Of a stretch of DNA of 64,000 nt, positions 53,210 to 63,949 are shown in pieces (positions within the stretch are counted from its first letter, which is position 1; each line of letters starts with the position of its first letter). Where the stretch lies: contig CAWJGT010000009.1 of NCBI GenBank assembly GCA_963842525.1, positions 576,001 to 640,000 of the forward strand. Reading direction: 5' to 3'. This DNA comes from an uncultured Holophagales bacterium (GTDB lineage Bacteria > Acidobacteriota > Thermoanaerobaculia > Multivoradales > UBA5704). A program made the translations under genes and the position numbers. The notes beneath the pieces were generated by a model. The model was not told the origin of the DNA and did not search any database. It worked only from the letters and a program-made list of their open reading frames with translations.

Positions 53210-54805
53210 ATGCACCGCATCCTCATCGCCGACTCCCTCGATCCGTCGGGCCTCCTTCTGCTGGAGCAGTCCGGGGCGGAGGTCCACAAGCTCACCGACG
53301 AGGAACGGCCCCGGCTGGCCGAGATCCTCGCCGACTATGACGCGCTGGTAGTCCGCAGCTCGACCCAGGTGACGGCCGACCTGCTGCGCGCCGGCAAGAA
53401 GCTCAAGGTCGTGGGGCGCGCCGGCATCGGCGTGGACAACGTGGACGTCGAGGCCGCTACCGACCTCGGCATCCTGGTGGTCAACGCCCCGACCGCCAAC
53501 CTGCTCTCGGCGACCGAGCACACCTTCGCGCTGCTCCTGGCGCTCGCCCGCCGGGTGCCCGAGGCCGACGCCTCCATGAAGGCTGGACAGTGGAACCGCA
53601 AGCTGGTGGGGGTCGAGCTCCAGGGCAAGACCCTCGGCATCGTCGGCTTCGGCCGCATCGGCCAGCGGGTGGCCGCCCGGGCGCGCGGCTTCGAGATGCA
53701 GGTCGCGGCCTACGACCCGTTCCTGGACGCCACGGCGGCCCGCCGTCTGGAAATCGAGCTTCTGCCACTCGCGGAGCTCCTGCGCGTTTCCGACGTGGTC
53801 ACCCTCCATACACCTCTCACCGAGCAGACGCGCAACCTGCTGGACCGCGAGAGGATCGCTCTGCTCAAGCCCGGAGCGCTCCTCGTCAACTGCGGACGTG
53901 GCGGAGTCGTCGACGAGGAGGCGTTGCTCGCGGCCCTGGAATCCGGTCACCTGGGCGGGGCGGCCCTCGACGTCTTCGCCGAGGAGCCGCCAAAGGACCT
54001 GCGGCTGGTGCGGCATCCCCGGGTGGTGGCCACGCCGCACCTTGGCGCCCAGACGCGCGAGGCCCAGGAGCGGATTTCAACCGAAACTGCCGAGATGGTC
54101 CTCGCCGCGCTCTCCGGCTCCCTCGCCGTGGCCGCGGTCAACCTCCCGTTCCGTGCCGCCGGCGGCCGGGTCGAGCCGTATCTGAGCCTCGGCGAGACCC
54201 TGGGCCGCATGGCCGGGCTCCTCCTCGGCGGTCCACCGCAGCGGCTGGACGTCCATCTCTGGGGGATGGACGAGGCGTTGCGCGTGCCCGTCAGCGTGGC
54301 CGTCCTCAAGGGAGTGCTCACCCCGTTCCTGGGCGAGGGGGTCAACTACGTCAACGCCGAGCGGATCGCCGAGAACCGGGGGATCGAGGTGATCCGCTCG
54401 ACGCACAGCGCGCCCGCGGACTATCCACACCTCGTGGGAGTCACGCTGAGCGGGGGTGGTGGTACGGTCGAGCTCGACGGCACGCTCCTGGGCGAGCGTG
54501 ACCCGCGGGTGGTCCGCCTGGGCGGCTTCCGCCTGGAGTTCCGGCCGCAAGGCAAGCTCCTGTTCCTGGAGAACAGGGACGTGCCCGGCGTGGTCGGCAA
54601 GGTGGGCACCCTGCTGGCCGAAGCCGGGATCAACATCGCGGACATCCACCTCGCGCGGACCGACCGGCAGGTGGACGGCAACCGCGAGGCCATGGCCGTC
54701 CTGCGTCTCGACCAGGACCCGCCACCCGAGCTCCTGGCGCAGCTCACGAGAACCGGCTTCGTGCGCACCGTCCGGCGGGTCGACCTCGACAGCCGTGCCC
54801 TCTGA
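53210..54805 (+). CDS. serA: D-3-phosphoglycerate dehydrogenase
   Basis: GRAGIGVDNVD, GFGRIG, TPHLGA, C-terminal ASB and ACT domains. Confidence 0.96.
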   Translation: MHRILIADSLDPSGLLLLEQSGAEVHKLTDEERPRLAEILADYDALVVRSSTQVTADLLRAGKKLKVVGRAGIGVDNVDVEAATDLGILVVNAPTANLLSATEHTFALLLALARRVPEADASMKAGQWNRKLVGVELQGKTLGIVGFGRIGQRVAARARGFEMQVAAYDPFLDATAARRLEIELLPLAELLRVSDVVTLHTPLTEQTRNLLDRERIALLKPGALLVNCGRGGVVDEEALLAALESGHLGGAALDVFAEEPPKDLRLVRHPRVVATPHLGAQTREAQERISTETAEMVLAALSGSLAVAAVNLPFRAAGGRVEPYLSLGETLGRMAGLLLGGPPQRLDVHLWGMDEALRVPVSVAVLKGVLTPFLGEGVNYVNAERIAENRGIEVIRSTHSAPADYPHLVGVTLSGGGGTVELDGTLLGERDPRVVRLGGFRLEFRPQGKLLFLENRDVPGVVGKVGTLLAEAGINIADIHLARTDRQVDGNREAMAVLRLDQDPPPELLAQLTRTGFVRTVRRVDLDSRAL

Positions 54806-54864
54806 GCCATTCTGAGCCACGGCCCGGGGATTGCAGGCAGGGCAGCGGGAAGGAGATACGCACC

Positions 54865-55947
54865 ATGGCGCACGTCGGTGTCATTTTCGGAGGCCGCAGC
54901 GTCGAGCATCAGATCTCGATCCGCTCGGCCCGCACGGTGGTGGACGGGTTGCGGCAGGCCGGCCACCGGGTCACGCCGCTGGGCATTGCCCAGGACGGCT
55001 GCTGGATCGAGTCGGCGCGGTCGGAGGCGGCCCTCGCGGACGGGCGCCCGATCGCGGCTCTCGGTCAGCCGGTCCCTCCGACCTTGCGGCACCTGATCGA
55101 GTCGGAGGTCGAGGTCCTGTTCCCCATCGTCCACGGCACCTGGGGAGAGGACGGCACCCTCCAGGGCCTGTGCGAGATGCTTGACCTCCCCTACGTGGGT
55201 CCGGGCGTGACCGCCAGCGCTCTTGCCATGGACAAGGTCCTCTTCAAGCGGCAGATGGCCGCGGCCGGCGTGCCGGTCGTCGACTACGAAGCCGTGAGCC
55301 GCACCGAGTTCGAGGCCGATCCGCAGGCCATCCTGCGACGGCTGGAGCGGCTGCCGCTGCCGCTCTTCGTCAAGCCCTCCGTCGGCGGCTCGAGTGTCGG
55401 CATCAAGAAGGTTGAGCACCGCACCTGCCAGGAGACCTCCATCCGTTTCGCGCTGCAGTTCGACGACAACGTGCTGATCGAGCGCGGAGTCAAGGGAAGG
55501 GAGCTCGAAACCGCCGTGCTCGGCTACGGGAAGATCGAAGCTTCGGCCATTGGCGAGGTCGTCCCCGGCAACGATTTCTACGACTACGCTGACAAATATC
55601 TCCAGGACACCGCCCAGCTCATCGCCCCGGCCGACCTGCCCCAGGAGGTCGCCGACCGCCTGCGGGAGATCGCGGTCCGTGCCTTCGCCGCGGTCGGTGG
55701 CGCAGGGCTGGCACGGGTGGACTTCCTCTATGAAGAGGAAGAGGACCGGCTCTACGTCAATGAGATGAACACCCTCCCCGGCTTCACCAGCATCTCCATG
55801 TACCCGCGCCTTTGGGAGCTTTCGGGCGTCCCGCTGCCCGAGCTGGTCGACCGCTTGGTGCAGATCGCCCTCCAGCGGCACCGTGACCGGCACCGGCTGG
55901 ATGAGGGGATCAAAGAGTTCCTGGCGGGGCTGGAAGAGAACGCTTGA
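54865..55947 (+). CDS. ddl: D-alanine--D-alanine ligase
   Basis: FGGRSVEH, HGTWGEDG, GSSVG, NEMNTLPGFT. Confidence 0.96.
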   Translation: MAHVGVIFGGRSVEHQISIRSARTVVDGLRQAGHRVTPLGIAQDGCWIESARSEAALADGRPIAALGQPVPPTLRHLIESEVEVLFPIVHGTWGEDGTLQGLCEMLDLPYVGPGVTASALAMDKVLFKRQMAAAGVPVVDYEAVSRTEFEADPQAILRRLERLPLPLFVKPSVGGSSVGIKKVEHRTCQETSIRFALQFDDNVLIERGVKGRELETAVLGYGKIEASAIGEVVPGNDFYDYADKYLQDTAQLIAPADLPQEVADRLREIAVRAFAAVGGAGLARVDFLYEEEEDRLYVNEMNTLPGFTSISMYPRLWELSGVPLPELVDRLVQIALQRHRDRHRLDEGIKEFLAGLEENA

Positions 55948-56087
55948 GCGCCCCTGCGGCGCCTCGTCTTTTGTGTATACTTACTGAGAATCTGATGGCT
56001 TTGCGGTAGGTGCGCTACGGCGAGCACCCTGGGGACGTGGGTGCGCCAAGTGCTCTACATAGGTCTGCTTCTTTCGAAAGGAGAAGT

Positions 56088-58715
56088 ATGAGAGAGCGCA
56101 TGTTTTGGGCAGCAGTCCTGGTGTGCGTGGCGACGGCGTCCGCCAGCCCCAGCGCGGGCTGGGGTGCGCAGGACTTCGTGAAGCTCCAGGCGGAGCACGC
56201 CGAGCGCGTGCGCAGCGCGCTCGAAGCGTTCGAGGTCGAGGATCCAGCCTCCAGGCGGCAGGTGGATCCCGAATCGACTCTCCTTGCAGTGGCGGATATG
56301 GCGATCGCACGCGTCGAGGTCCGGGCCCGGCCTGGCGAGGCCATCCGGGCGCCCCTGGCGCTGGAAGGCGCTTTGATGACCCTGGACCTGGAGCCGCAGT
56401 CCTATCGCGCTCCCGACTTCCAGGTGGAGCTCCGGGGGCCGGGAGGTGTGAGGAGGTTGCTCGATCCGGGCCCGGTGCGCACGCTGCTGGGAACGATCCG
56501 CGAGATCCCAGGCTCTGTAGTGGCTGGCTCTCTCCTGGAAAGCGGCCTGGAGGTGATGGTCCGGTTGCCCGACGAGACGACGCTATGGCTTGAGCCGGTG
56601 AGAAAACATCTCACGGGTGCCAGGCGCGACTTGTACGTCGTTTCTCCTTGTGGACTGGAGAAGGGAGCCGAGCAGGTATGCGGCGTGGAGCGCGCGCTCG
56701 ATGGGCTGAGAGGCCGGCTGCGCTCCATCTCGTCCGCGGCCACGAATGGTGAAGGCTGTGCAGCCCTCGGAGGCTGCGTAGCCGATCTCATCTGCGATAC
56801 AACCTCCACCTTTTACCAGGCGAACAACAGCAATCCGGCTCAAGTGCAGTCGACGGTTGAGTCCTTCATCGCCTTGGTCAACCCGCGCTATGCGGAGCTT
56901 CAGATCCGACATCAGATCTTAAAGATCGTGATCAGCGACGACCCGGCAATCGATCCATATGCCGACCCAACGACCGGAACGCTGCAGCGGATGTCCGAGA
57001 TCTGGGGATATGGAACGCACACCAGTGACCTGGTGCACCTCTTTGGCGGCCGCTCTTCCGGCGTGGAGGCCGGCGAGGCATACCTCGGGGGAGTGTGCAG
57101 TTTCGGTGCGTTTGGAATGTATAGCTATACCATCTTTAATACAGCTAGCTGCGAGAGTGCTGGAATCGTCATCCACGAGTTGGGGCATTCTTGGGGAGCC
57201 AGTGACATTACGACGGGGATCATGGACAAGTTCGGGAACACCTGCACGGATTCCTGGAGCACCTTCTCGAAGAACGAGATCTCGAGCAAGCTCAACGCAG
57301 TTGACGGAATCTGCCTGGATCTGGACAACCAGCCGCCCAAGCCCAGGTTCAGTTTCTCCTGCTCGTTGGGGTCGTGCAGCTTCGACGCCAGCGGCTCGAC
57401 GGACGACCGAGGAATTGACTCATATTCCTGGAGCTTCGGCGGCGGTTCGCAAGCCACCACCTCTCACACCTACACCGCGACCGGCGCTTACACCGTTACC
57501 CTTACAGTGACTGACATCTACGGATCGAAGGCCTCGACGAGCCGGAAAGTGTCGGTGAACGTGGAAGCGCCTCTGCCGGCGGAAAACTATTTCGCCGTAA
57601 CCCCCTGCAGGATCGCCGACACGCGCAGCGGAGCTCCACTCGCGGTCGGACAACTCCGGGCCTTCAACGTCGTCGGATACCCTTGTGGCATCCCGTCGAC
57701 GGCGAAGGCGGTTTCCTTCAACGTCACCGCGGACTCGCCGACCGGACCAGGACACCTGGTCTTTCTCCCCGGCAACCAGGCCTCCGGCCCCTTCGCACAC
57801 TCGACGATCAGTTTCGATCCGGCCAATTCCCCGCGAGTCAACAATGCCATCCTGCGACTGGCCACCAACGGCGCCGGTACGGTGGCCGTCGCCACGTCGA
57901 CACAGGTCCATCTGATCCTCGACGTCTACGGCTACTTCAGTGACGCCACACCGGCACCGGGAGCCCAGGGGCCTTTCGGCTTCCAGACCCTGACCCCTTG
58001 CCGGATCGGCGACACGCGGACGGGTACGCCGATTGCGGCCCATACCCAAACCCCCCGCAACTTCACCGCCCAGGGGGGAGTCTGCCCGGTGCCCGCGGGT
58101 GCTGCGGCTGCGGCCCTCAACCTCACCGTCATTTCGCCGACAGCGGGCGGACACGCCCGGCTGTTCCAGGCCGGCGCCTGGGGGCTGCCGGTGATCAACT
58201 TCAACGCGGGAGCCGTGCTGACCAACGGAGCGAGGATCCGCCTGGCACCGACCACGCCGGACGTCTCTGCCGACTACTTCACGATGATTGTGGGAGCCCA
58301 ATCGACGCACGCGGTGATCGACGTCTTCGGGTACTTCAAGCCGGACGCGCCGTTGAAGTACCGGCCGATCACTGCCTGCCGCGCCGTGGACACCCGCTTC
58401 ACCGACCAGGGAGGGCCTGTGCTGGGATCTCCAGATACCCGCAGTTTCCAGATTCGGGGCAACTGCGGCGTGCCGTTGAGCGCCAAGGCCGTGGCGGTCA
58501 ACATCACGTCCGTCGGATCGGCAGGGCCAGGGTACTTGATTGCCTATCCTTCGGGTGGAACCTTGCCGCCAGCTTCGTATCTCACCTTCGACCCCGGCCA
58601 AGGAGCCCTGGGGAACGGCGGAATCGTAGCTCTTTCCACACAGCCGAACGATCTCGCCATTACAACTTCAACCAGCACGCACGTCATCATCGACGTTTTT
58701 GGCTACTTTCAGTAG
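56088..58715 (+). CDS. secreted reprolysin-like (M12B) metalloprotease with PKD and three C-terminal repeat domains
   Basis: HELGHSWGASD and GIM Met-turn; PKD FDASGS-YSWSFG; three TPCR-DTR...DVxGYF repeats. Confidence 0.85.
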   Translation: MRERMFWAAVLVCVATASASPSAGWGAQDFVKLQAEHAERVRSALEAFEVEDPASRRQVDPESTLLAVADMAIARVEVRARPGEAIRAPLALEGALMTLDLEPQSYRAPDFQVELRGPGGVRRLLDPGPVRTLLGTIREIPGSVVAGSLLESGLEVMVRLPDETTLWLEPVRKHLTGARRDLYVVSPCGLEKGAEQVCGVERALDGLRGRLRSISSAATNGEGCAALGGCVADLICDTTSTFYQANNSNPAQVQSTVESFIALVNPRYAELQIRHQILKIVISDDPAIDPYADPTTGTLQRMSEIWGYGTHTSDLVHLFGGRSSGVEAGEAYLGGVCSFGAFGMYSYTIFNTASCESAGIVIHELGHSWGASDITTGIMDKFGNTCTDSWSTFSKNEISSKLNAVDGICLDLDNQPPKPRFSFSCSLGSCSFDASGSTDDRGIDSYSWSFGGGSQATTSHTYTATGAYTVTLTVTDIYGSKASTSRKVSVNVEAPLPAENYFAVTPCRIADTRSGAPLAVGQLRAFNVVGYPCGIPSTAKAVSFNVTADSPTGPGHLVFLPGNQASGPFAHSTISFDPANSPRVNNAILRLATNGAGTVAVATSTQVHLILDVYGYFSDATPAPGAQGPFGFQTLTPCRIGDTRTGTPIAAHTQTPRNFTAQGGVCPVPAGAAAAALNLTVISPTAGGHARLFQAGAWGLPVINFNAGAVLTNGARIRLAPTTPDVSADYFTMIVGAQSTHAVIDVFGYFKPDAPLKYRPITACRAVDTRFTDQGGPVLGSPDTRSFQIRGNCGVPLSAKAVAVNITSVGSAGPGYLIAYPSGGTLPPASYLTFDPGQGALGNGGIVALSTQPNDLAITTSTSTHVIIDVFGYFQ

Positions 58716-58853
58716 TGGCTCTTTGAAGGCGAGCGGCCGGTTCGCCCGGCCCGGAGAGTGTCAGTACGAGTTCAGCAGAGTCAGGCCAGGGACGGCGAGC
58801 TTCGCTCCGTGGCGTTCCCCGGTGAGCCCTGGACCGGCGCGGGCAGCGTCGTA

Positions 58854-59315
58854 CTAGGGCGGAAGCGGCGCCACCTCGACCTGGGCCAGGCCGTTCCTGG
58901 CCATACCGAGATCCCGGGCGGCGCGCCAGGAGAGGTCGATCACGACGTTCTTGCCGTCCCTCCGGTAGGGGCCGCGGTCGTTGATCCGCACCACCACGGA
59001 GCGGCCGTTCTCCAGGTTCCGCACGCGGACCCGGGTGCCCAGGGGGAGGGTCGGATGAGCGGCTGTCAGGGAAAACATGTCGAACGGCTCACCCTGGGCG
59101 GTTGCCAAGCCATGAAAGTTGGGGCCGTACCAGGAGGCGTACCCCGTCTGGACGCCTGTGTCCCGTCCTGGGAACGGTACGCGCCAGGAGCCGGAGACCC
59201 CAATGAACATCGCTGTCAGCAGAGCCAGCGCCGGGAAGATCCAGATCCCCGCTGGCCGCCTGGCCGGCGGCACATTGACCATCACGGAAGGTCTCGGCGT
59301 TCTCGTCCTCATCAT
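58854..59315 (-). CDS. RlpA-like lytic transglycosylase (DPBB only)
   Basis: ASWYG, TAAHPTLP, RINDRGP, IDLS. Confidence 0.9.
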   Translation of the reverse strand: MMRTRTPRPSVMVNVPPARRPAGIWIFPALALLTAMFIGVSGSWRVPFPGRDTGVQTGYASWYGPNFHGLATAQGEPFDMFSLTAAHPTLPLGTRVRVRNLENGRSVVVRINDRGPYRRDGKNVVIDLSWRAARDLGMARNGLAQVEVAPLPP

Positions 59316-59381
59316 GGCTCCCGCCGGCAGATCCTTGCCAGGATCCTGCCAGCTCGGGGACGAGAGCTTTGTTGAAGGCTG

Positions 59382-60014
59382 CTACTGGGCGGTGACGACG
59401 ATCGACGGCAGGCCCAGCACCGCCAGCTCGCGGCGCAGCGACTCGGCCTGGTCGCGGTCGTTGAACATGCCGACCCGGACACGGTTCCAATTGCCGTCCG
59501 AATAGATGGACGTCTCGGGGTAGAGCTGGACGAGCTCGCCCTTCAAGACGACCGCCCGCTCCTCGTCGCTGAACGCGCCCACCTGCACCGTGAAGCGCGG
59601 CGGGGCGCCCCCGCGCGAGGCCAGGTACATCTCGACCGGCCCCGTCCCGGCCCGCACCAGCCCGATCTCCCGGGCGGCGCCATAGGAGAGGTCGAGGACC
59701 CGGGACTTGCTGAACGGTCCGCGGTCGTTGACCCGCACCACCACCGAGCGTCCGGTGCGGACGTTGCGGACCTCGAGGAGAGTGCCGAAGGGGAGGGTTC
59801 GATGGGCCGCGGTCAGGTCGTTCATGTCATACCGCTCACCGTTCGCCGTCCGCCTGCCATGGAAGTCCTTGCCGTACCAGGAGGCGACTCCCCGGTCGAC
59901 CGGCTTGCGCTCCGGCACCGTGACGGCACGGCGATTGCTGGTACAGGCGGTGGAGAAGAGGAGGGCGAGAGCGGGAAGGAGACAGAGTAACTGGAAGGTA
60001 GCTCGTTTGCGCAT
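59382..60014 (-). CDS. rlpA: RlpA lipoprotein with SPOR domain
   Basis: STAC lipobox, ASWYG, NDRGP, VQVGAF SPOR. Confidence 0.92.
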   Translation of the reverse strand: MRKRATFQLLCLLPALALLFSTACTSNRRAVTVPERKPVDRGVASWYGKDFHGRRTANGERYDMNDLTAAHRTLPFGTLLEVRNVRTGRSVVVRVNDRGPFSKSRVLDLSYGAAREIGLVRAGTGPVEMYLASRGGAPPRFTVQVGAFSDEERAVVLKGELVQLYPETSIYSDGNWNRVRVGMFNDRDQAESLRRELAVLGLPSIVVTAQ

Positions 60015-60132
60015 GCACGGGCCTCCGTAAGGTGGTTTGAGCCATCTTCGTGAGAGCTCTTGATCCAGCGCGGGAAAAGCTTGCGCTGCGAGCATGTTAA
60101 CACATGTGTAACTTTCACCGTGTTTGCGCCAC

Positions 60133-61569
60133 TCAGACACGGGGGGCCGCCACCTCGGCGGCCTCGGTGCCGGCGAGCGCGGGCGCGGCCACCTCGGCCA
60201 GGAAGTCGTCCACCTGCTGAGCGGAGCGGCCGGTGAAGGCGGCCGGGTCGAGCCAGGGGTCGACCTCGGAGCGGGTGAGCCGGAAATCGGCATCGGCCAC
60301 GATGCGGTCGATCAGCGGGTTCTCGCCGCCGTGCTCGACCTCTCCCTGGGCTTCCAGGCTGTAGACGCGGATCCGCTCGTGGAGCTCCTGGCGGTCGCCG
60401 CCGCGCAGCGCCGACTCCATCAGGATGGTCTCCGTGGCCATGAAGGGAAGCTCGCGGGCCACCCGTGCGGCCACCACGCTCTCGCGGACCACCAGGCCGG
60501 AGGCGATATGGGCGGCGAGGCCGAGGATGGCATCGGCGCAGAGGAAGGAGTCCGGGATCACCAGCCGCCGGTTTGCCGAGTCGTCCAGGCTCCGCTCCAG
60601 CCACTGGGTCGAGGCGTTCAGGGGGCCGTTCAGGCTGTCGGTGAGGAGCCGCCGCGCCAAGCCGCACATCCGTTCGGACCGCACCGGGTTGCGCTTGTAG
60701 GCCATGGCCGAGGAGCCCACCTGCTCCTTGTCGAACGGCTCGGACAGCTCGCCCACCCCCTGGAGCAGTCGGAGGTCGGTGCCGAATTTGTGGCAGCTCT
60801 CGGCGATGCCGGCGAGGGTCTGGAGCACTTGGCTGTCCTGCTTGCGGGGATAGGTCTGGCCGGTGACCGGGAAGCTCTCCGCGAAGCCGATCCGCCGGGC
60901 GAGCCTCCGGTCGAGCTCCCGGACCTTCTCGTGATCCCCTTGAAATAAGGTCAGGAAGCTCGCCTGCGTGCCGGTCGTCCCCTTGACCCCCCGGCAGCGG
61001 AGGGTCGACAGCCGGTGGCGCACCTCGGCGAGGTCCGTCAGGAAGTCCTGGAGCCAGAGGCAGGCCCGCTTGCCCACCGTGGTGAGCTGGGCCGGCTGGA
61101 AGTGGGTGTAGGCCAGGCACGGAATCGCCCGGGTGCTGCGGGCAAAGGCGGCGAGGGCCGAGCCGGTGGCGGACAGCCGGGCCGCGAGCAGCTCGAGGGC
61201 TTCGCGGGCGATCAGGACATCCGTGTTGTCCGTGAGGAAGGCGCTGGTCGCGCCCAGGTGGAGGATGCCGCCGGCCCCCTCATGGACGCGGTCGGCCTGC
61301 TCGGCGAAGTGGCGCAGGTGGGCGACCACGTCGTGGCGGGTCCGCCGTTCGAGCTCTGCGACCCTGTTGAGGTCGATGGAGTCCGCCACGGCCCGCAGGG
61401 CCGCGATCTGTTCCTCGGTGATGGGCAGCCCGAGCTCCCGCTCGCACTCGGCAAGAGCGATCCACAGCCGGCGCCAGAGCCCGAACCGGTGGTGGGCCGA
61501 GAAGATCCGGGCCATCTCCGGCGAGGCATACCGTTCGTACAGGGGGTTCTGGGGCGTTTCAGCGAGCAT
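60133..61569 (-). CDS. purB: adenylosuccinate lyase
   Basis: RHDV, HLGATS, THFQPAQ, GSSAMAYKRNP. Confidence 0.96.
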   Translation of the reverse strand: MLAETPQNPLYERYASPEMARIFSAHHRFGLWRRLWIALAECERELGLPITEEQIAALRAVADSIDLNRVAELERRTRHDVVAHLRHFAEQADRVHEGAGGILHLGATSAFLTDNTDVLIAREALELLAARLSATGSALAAFARSTRAIPCLAYTHFQPAQLTTVGKRACLWLQDFLTDLAEVRHRLSTLRCRGVKGTTGTQASFLTLFQGDHEKVRELDRRLARRIGFAESFPVTGQTYPRKQDSQVLQTLAGIAESCHKFGTDLRLLQGVGELSEPFDKEQVGSSAMAYKRNPVRSERMCGLARRLLTDSLNGPLNASTQWLERSLDDSANRRLVIPDSFLCADAILGLAAHIASGLVVRESVVAARVARELPFMATETILMESALRGGDRQELHERIRVYSLEAQGEVEHGGENPLIDRIVADADFRLTRSEVDPWLDPAAFTGRSAQQVDDFLAEVAAPALAGTEAAEVAAPRV

Positions 61570-61611
61570 GGCGGAGCGGATTCTATCCCGCCACTTGGCC
61601 CCGCATGCGTT

Positions 61612-61663
61612 CCCCCTCTCCCGGTGGTAGGGGGGCGATGGGAGAGGGGGCCAGGGGGTGAGG
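61612..61663. repeat. REP-like palindromic element
   Basis: CCCCCTCTCCC...GGGAGAGGGGG followed by GGGGGTGAGG in the divergent intergenic region. Confidence 0.6.
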
Positions 61664-61733
61664 TCTGTTACAATGCGCCCGCCTCCGGGGGTGGGGATGG
61701 TTTCCCTCCGCCTTGCTCGTCGGGCTCCACACC

Positions 61734-63008
61734 ATGTCGATCCGTGTCGATTCTGAAATCGGATGCCTGCGGCGCGTCCTTGTGCACCGTCCGGGGCGCG
61801 AGATCGACTGGATGGTGCCCTCGATGATGGAGCAGCTCCTCTTCGACGACATCCTCTATGGCGACGAGGCGCGGGAGGAGCACGACCTGTTCTGCAGCGT
61901 GCTCCGCCATGCCGGCGTCGAAGTGCTCGAAGCCCAGAGCCTGCTCGCGGAGGTGCTCCACGATGCGGAGACCCGCGACCGCCTGCTCGGCGAGCTCCAG
62001 CGGGAGTACGGGGTCGCCCCCCGCCAGATCGAATGGCTGGCGGGCCTGACGACCGGCGCTCTCGCTGCCACCCTGATCGAGGGGATCCGCACGCCACCCG
62101 AGGAGGCGGCCTCGGGGCACGTGCCCTACTTCCAGGTCAACCCGCTGTCGAACTACTTCTTCCAGCGCGATCCGCAGGCGGTGCTCGGCAACCGCGTGGT
62201 GATCTCCTCCATGAGCACCGATGCCCGGGAGCGCGAGCCTCTCCTGGCGCGCACCTTCATCGGGCGCCATCCGGCCTTCGCCGGCGTTGCCGCGGTCTTC
62301 GACATCGACGTGCCCCCGTCGGGAGCGCCGGAGCACAACCCCTATTTCCAGTATCCGAGCCTGGAGGGTGGAGACGTGCTGGTGGTGAGCCCGGAGATCG
62401 TCCTGGTGGGGCTCTCCGATCGCACCAACCGCCGCGGCGCCGAGGTGCTGGCCGAATACCTGCGGCTGGAGGAGACTTCGTTCCGCCACCTCGTCCTGGT
62501 CGAGCTGCCACGCAAGCGCTCCTACATGCACCTGGACACGGTCTTCACCCTCATCGACCGTAGCACCTGCCTCGCTCACCTGCCGGTGATTCAGCCCGGT
62601 GGTCCGGAGTCGGCCCATGTCTCCCTCGTGGATCTCTATGCACCGGAGCTGACCTTCACCCTGCGCCCTTCGCTGCTGCGGGCGCTGGCCGATCTCGGGC
62701 TGGAGTTGGAGGTGGTGCCCTGCGGCGGACCCCGGGATGTGATCGCCCAGGAGCGCGAGCAGTGGACGGACGGCGCCAACTCCTTTGCCCTGGCGCCGGG
62801 CGTGCTCCTGCTCTACCGCCGCAACCGCAACACCGTGGAAGAGCTGCGCGGGCGCGGCTGGCGCGTCCTCACCGCCGAGGAGGCACTGGCCACGTCCAAT
62901 CTGATGGACGGCGGCCCGACCGTGATCTCGATCTTCGACAACGAGCTGTCGCGGGCCCGGGGCGGACCGCACTGCATGACCATGCCGCTTGAAAGGGACC
63001 CGCTATGA
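61734..63008 (+). CDS. arcA: arginine deiminase family protein
   Basis: SEIG-L, LFDD, FQRD, EGGD, HLDT, GGPHCM. Confidence 0.92.
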   Translation: MSIRVDSEIGCLRRVLVHRPGREIDWMVPSMMEQLLFDDILYGDEAREEHDLFCSVLRHAGVEVLEAQSLLAEVLHDAETRDRLLGELQREYGVAPRQIEWLAGLTTGALAATLIEGIRTPPEEAASGHVPYFQVNPLSNYFFQRDPQAVLGNRVVISSMSTDAREREPLLARTFIGRHPAFAGVAAVFDIDVPPSGAPEHNPYFQYPSLEGGDVLVVSPEIVLVGLSDRTNRRGAEVLAEYLRLEETSFRHLVLVELPRKRSYMHLDTVFTLIDRSTCLAHLPVIQPGGPESAHVSLVDLYAPELTFTLRPSLLRALADLGLELEVVPCGGPRDVIAQEREQWTDGANSFALAPGVLLLYRRNRNTVEELRGRGWRVLTAEEALATSNLMDGGPTVISIFDNELSRARGGPHCMTMPLERDPL

Positions 63009-63949
63009 CCCGTCACCTGATCTCGATTCATGACCTGACCGCGGCGGAGGTGGCCGGCCTCTACCGGCTCGCCGCCGACGTCAAGGCCAACCCCGGCAAA
63101 TATGCCGACCATCTGCACCGCAAGACCCTCGGCATGATCTTCGAGAAGTCCTCGACCCGCACGCGGGTGAGCTTCGAGGTGGGCATGGCGCAGATGGGCG
63201 GCCATGCCCTGTTCCTGTCCAGCCGCGACATCCAGCTCGGCCGCGGCGAGCCGATCTCGGACACCGCGCAGGTGCTCTCCCGCTACGTCGACGGCATCAT
63301 GGCCCGCACCTTCGCGCACCAGACCGTGCTCGATCTCGCCCGTTACGGCTCGATTCCGGTGATCAACGGCCTGACCGACGACCTCCATCCCTGCCAGGGG
63401 CTGACCGACTACTTCACCCTGGTGGAGGTCTTCGGCAGCCTCGACGCCTTGCGCGGGCGCAAGCTCGCCTATGTGGGCGACGGCAACAACATGGCCCATT
63501 CGCTGATGTTCGGCGCCGCCAAGCTGGGGATGGACGTCGCGGTCGCCTCGCCCAAGGGTTATGAGGTCAAGGGAAAATATGCCGCGCTTGCCCGCGAGGA
63601 CGCCGTAGCCGCGGGCACGAAGGTCCTCCTGACGAACGATCCGAAAGAAGCCGTGGAGGGTGCCTCCGCCGTCTACACCGACGTCTGGGCCTCCATGGGC
63701 CAGGAAGCCGAAGCGCAGGAGCGCCTGCGCGCCTTCGCCGGCTTCACAGTGGACGCCGCCCTGATGCGCCACGCCCGCGAGGACGCCGTCTTCCTCCACT
63801 GCCTGCCCGCCCACCGCGGCGAAGAGGTCGCCGCCGAGGTGGCCGATGGCACCCAGAGCCGCATCTTCGACGAGGCCGAGAACCGCCTGCACGTCCAGAA
63901 GGCGGTCATGCTGTGGTTGATGGCTGGAGTGGAGATCCTGGAGGAGTGA
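63005..63949 (+). CDS. argF: ornithine carbamoyltransferase
   Basis: STRT, HPCQ, SMG, HCLP, AENR. Confidence 0.95.
   Translation: MTRHLISIHDLTAAEVAGLYRLAADVKANPGKYADHLHRKTLGMIFEKSSTRTRVSFEVGMAQMGGHALFLSSRDIQLGRGEPISDTAQVLSRYVDGIMARTFAHQTVLDLARYGSIPVINGLTDDLHPCQGLTDYFTLVEVFGSLDALRGRKLAYVGDGNNMAHSLMFGAAKLGMDVAVASPKGYEVKGKYAALAREDAVAAGTKVLLTNDPKEAVEGASAVYTDVWASMGQEAEAQERLRAFAGFTVDAALMRHAREDAVFLHCLPAHRGEEVAAEVADGTQSRIFDEAENRLHVQKAVMLWLMAGVEILEE

Noticed and set aside
58854-60014. Tandem rlpA genes as a novel system
   Set aside because: Simple paralogue pair; multiple RlpA-like genes are common
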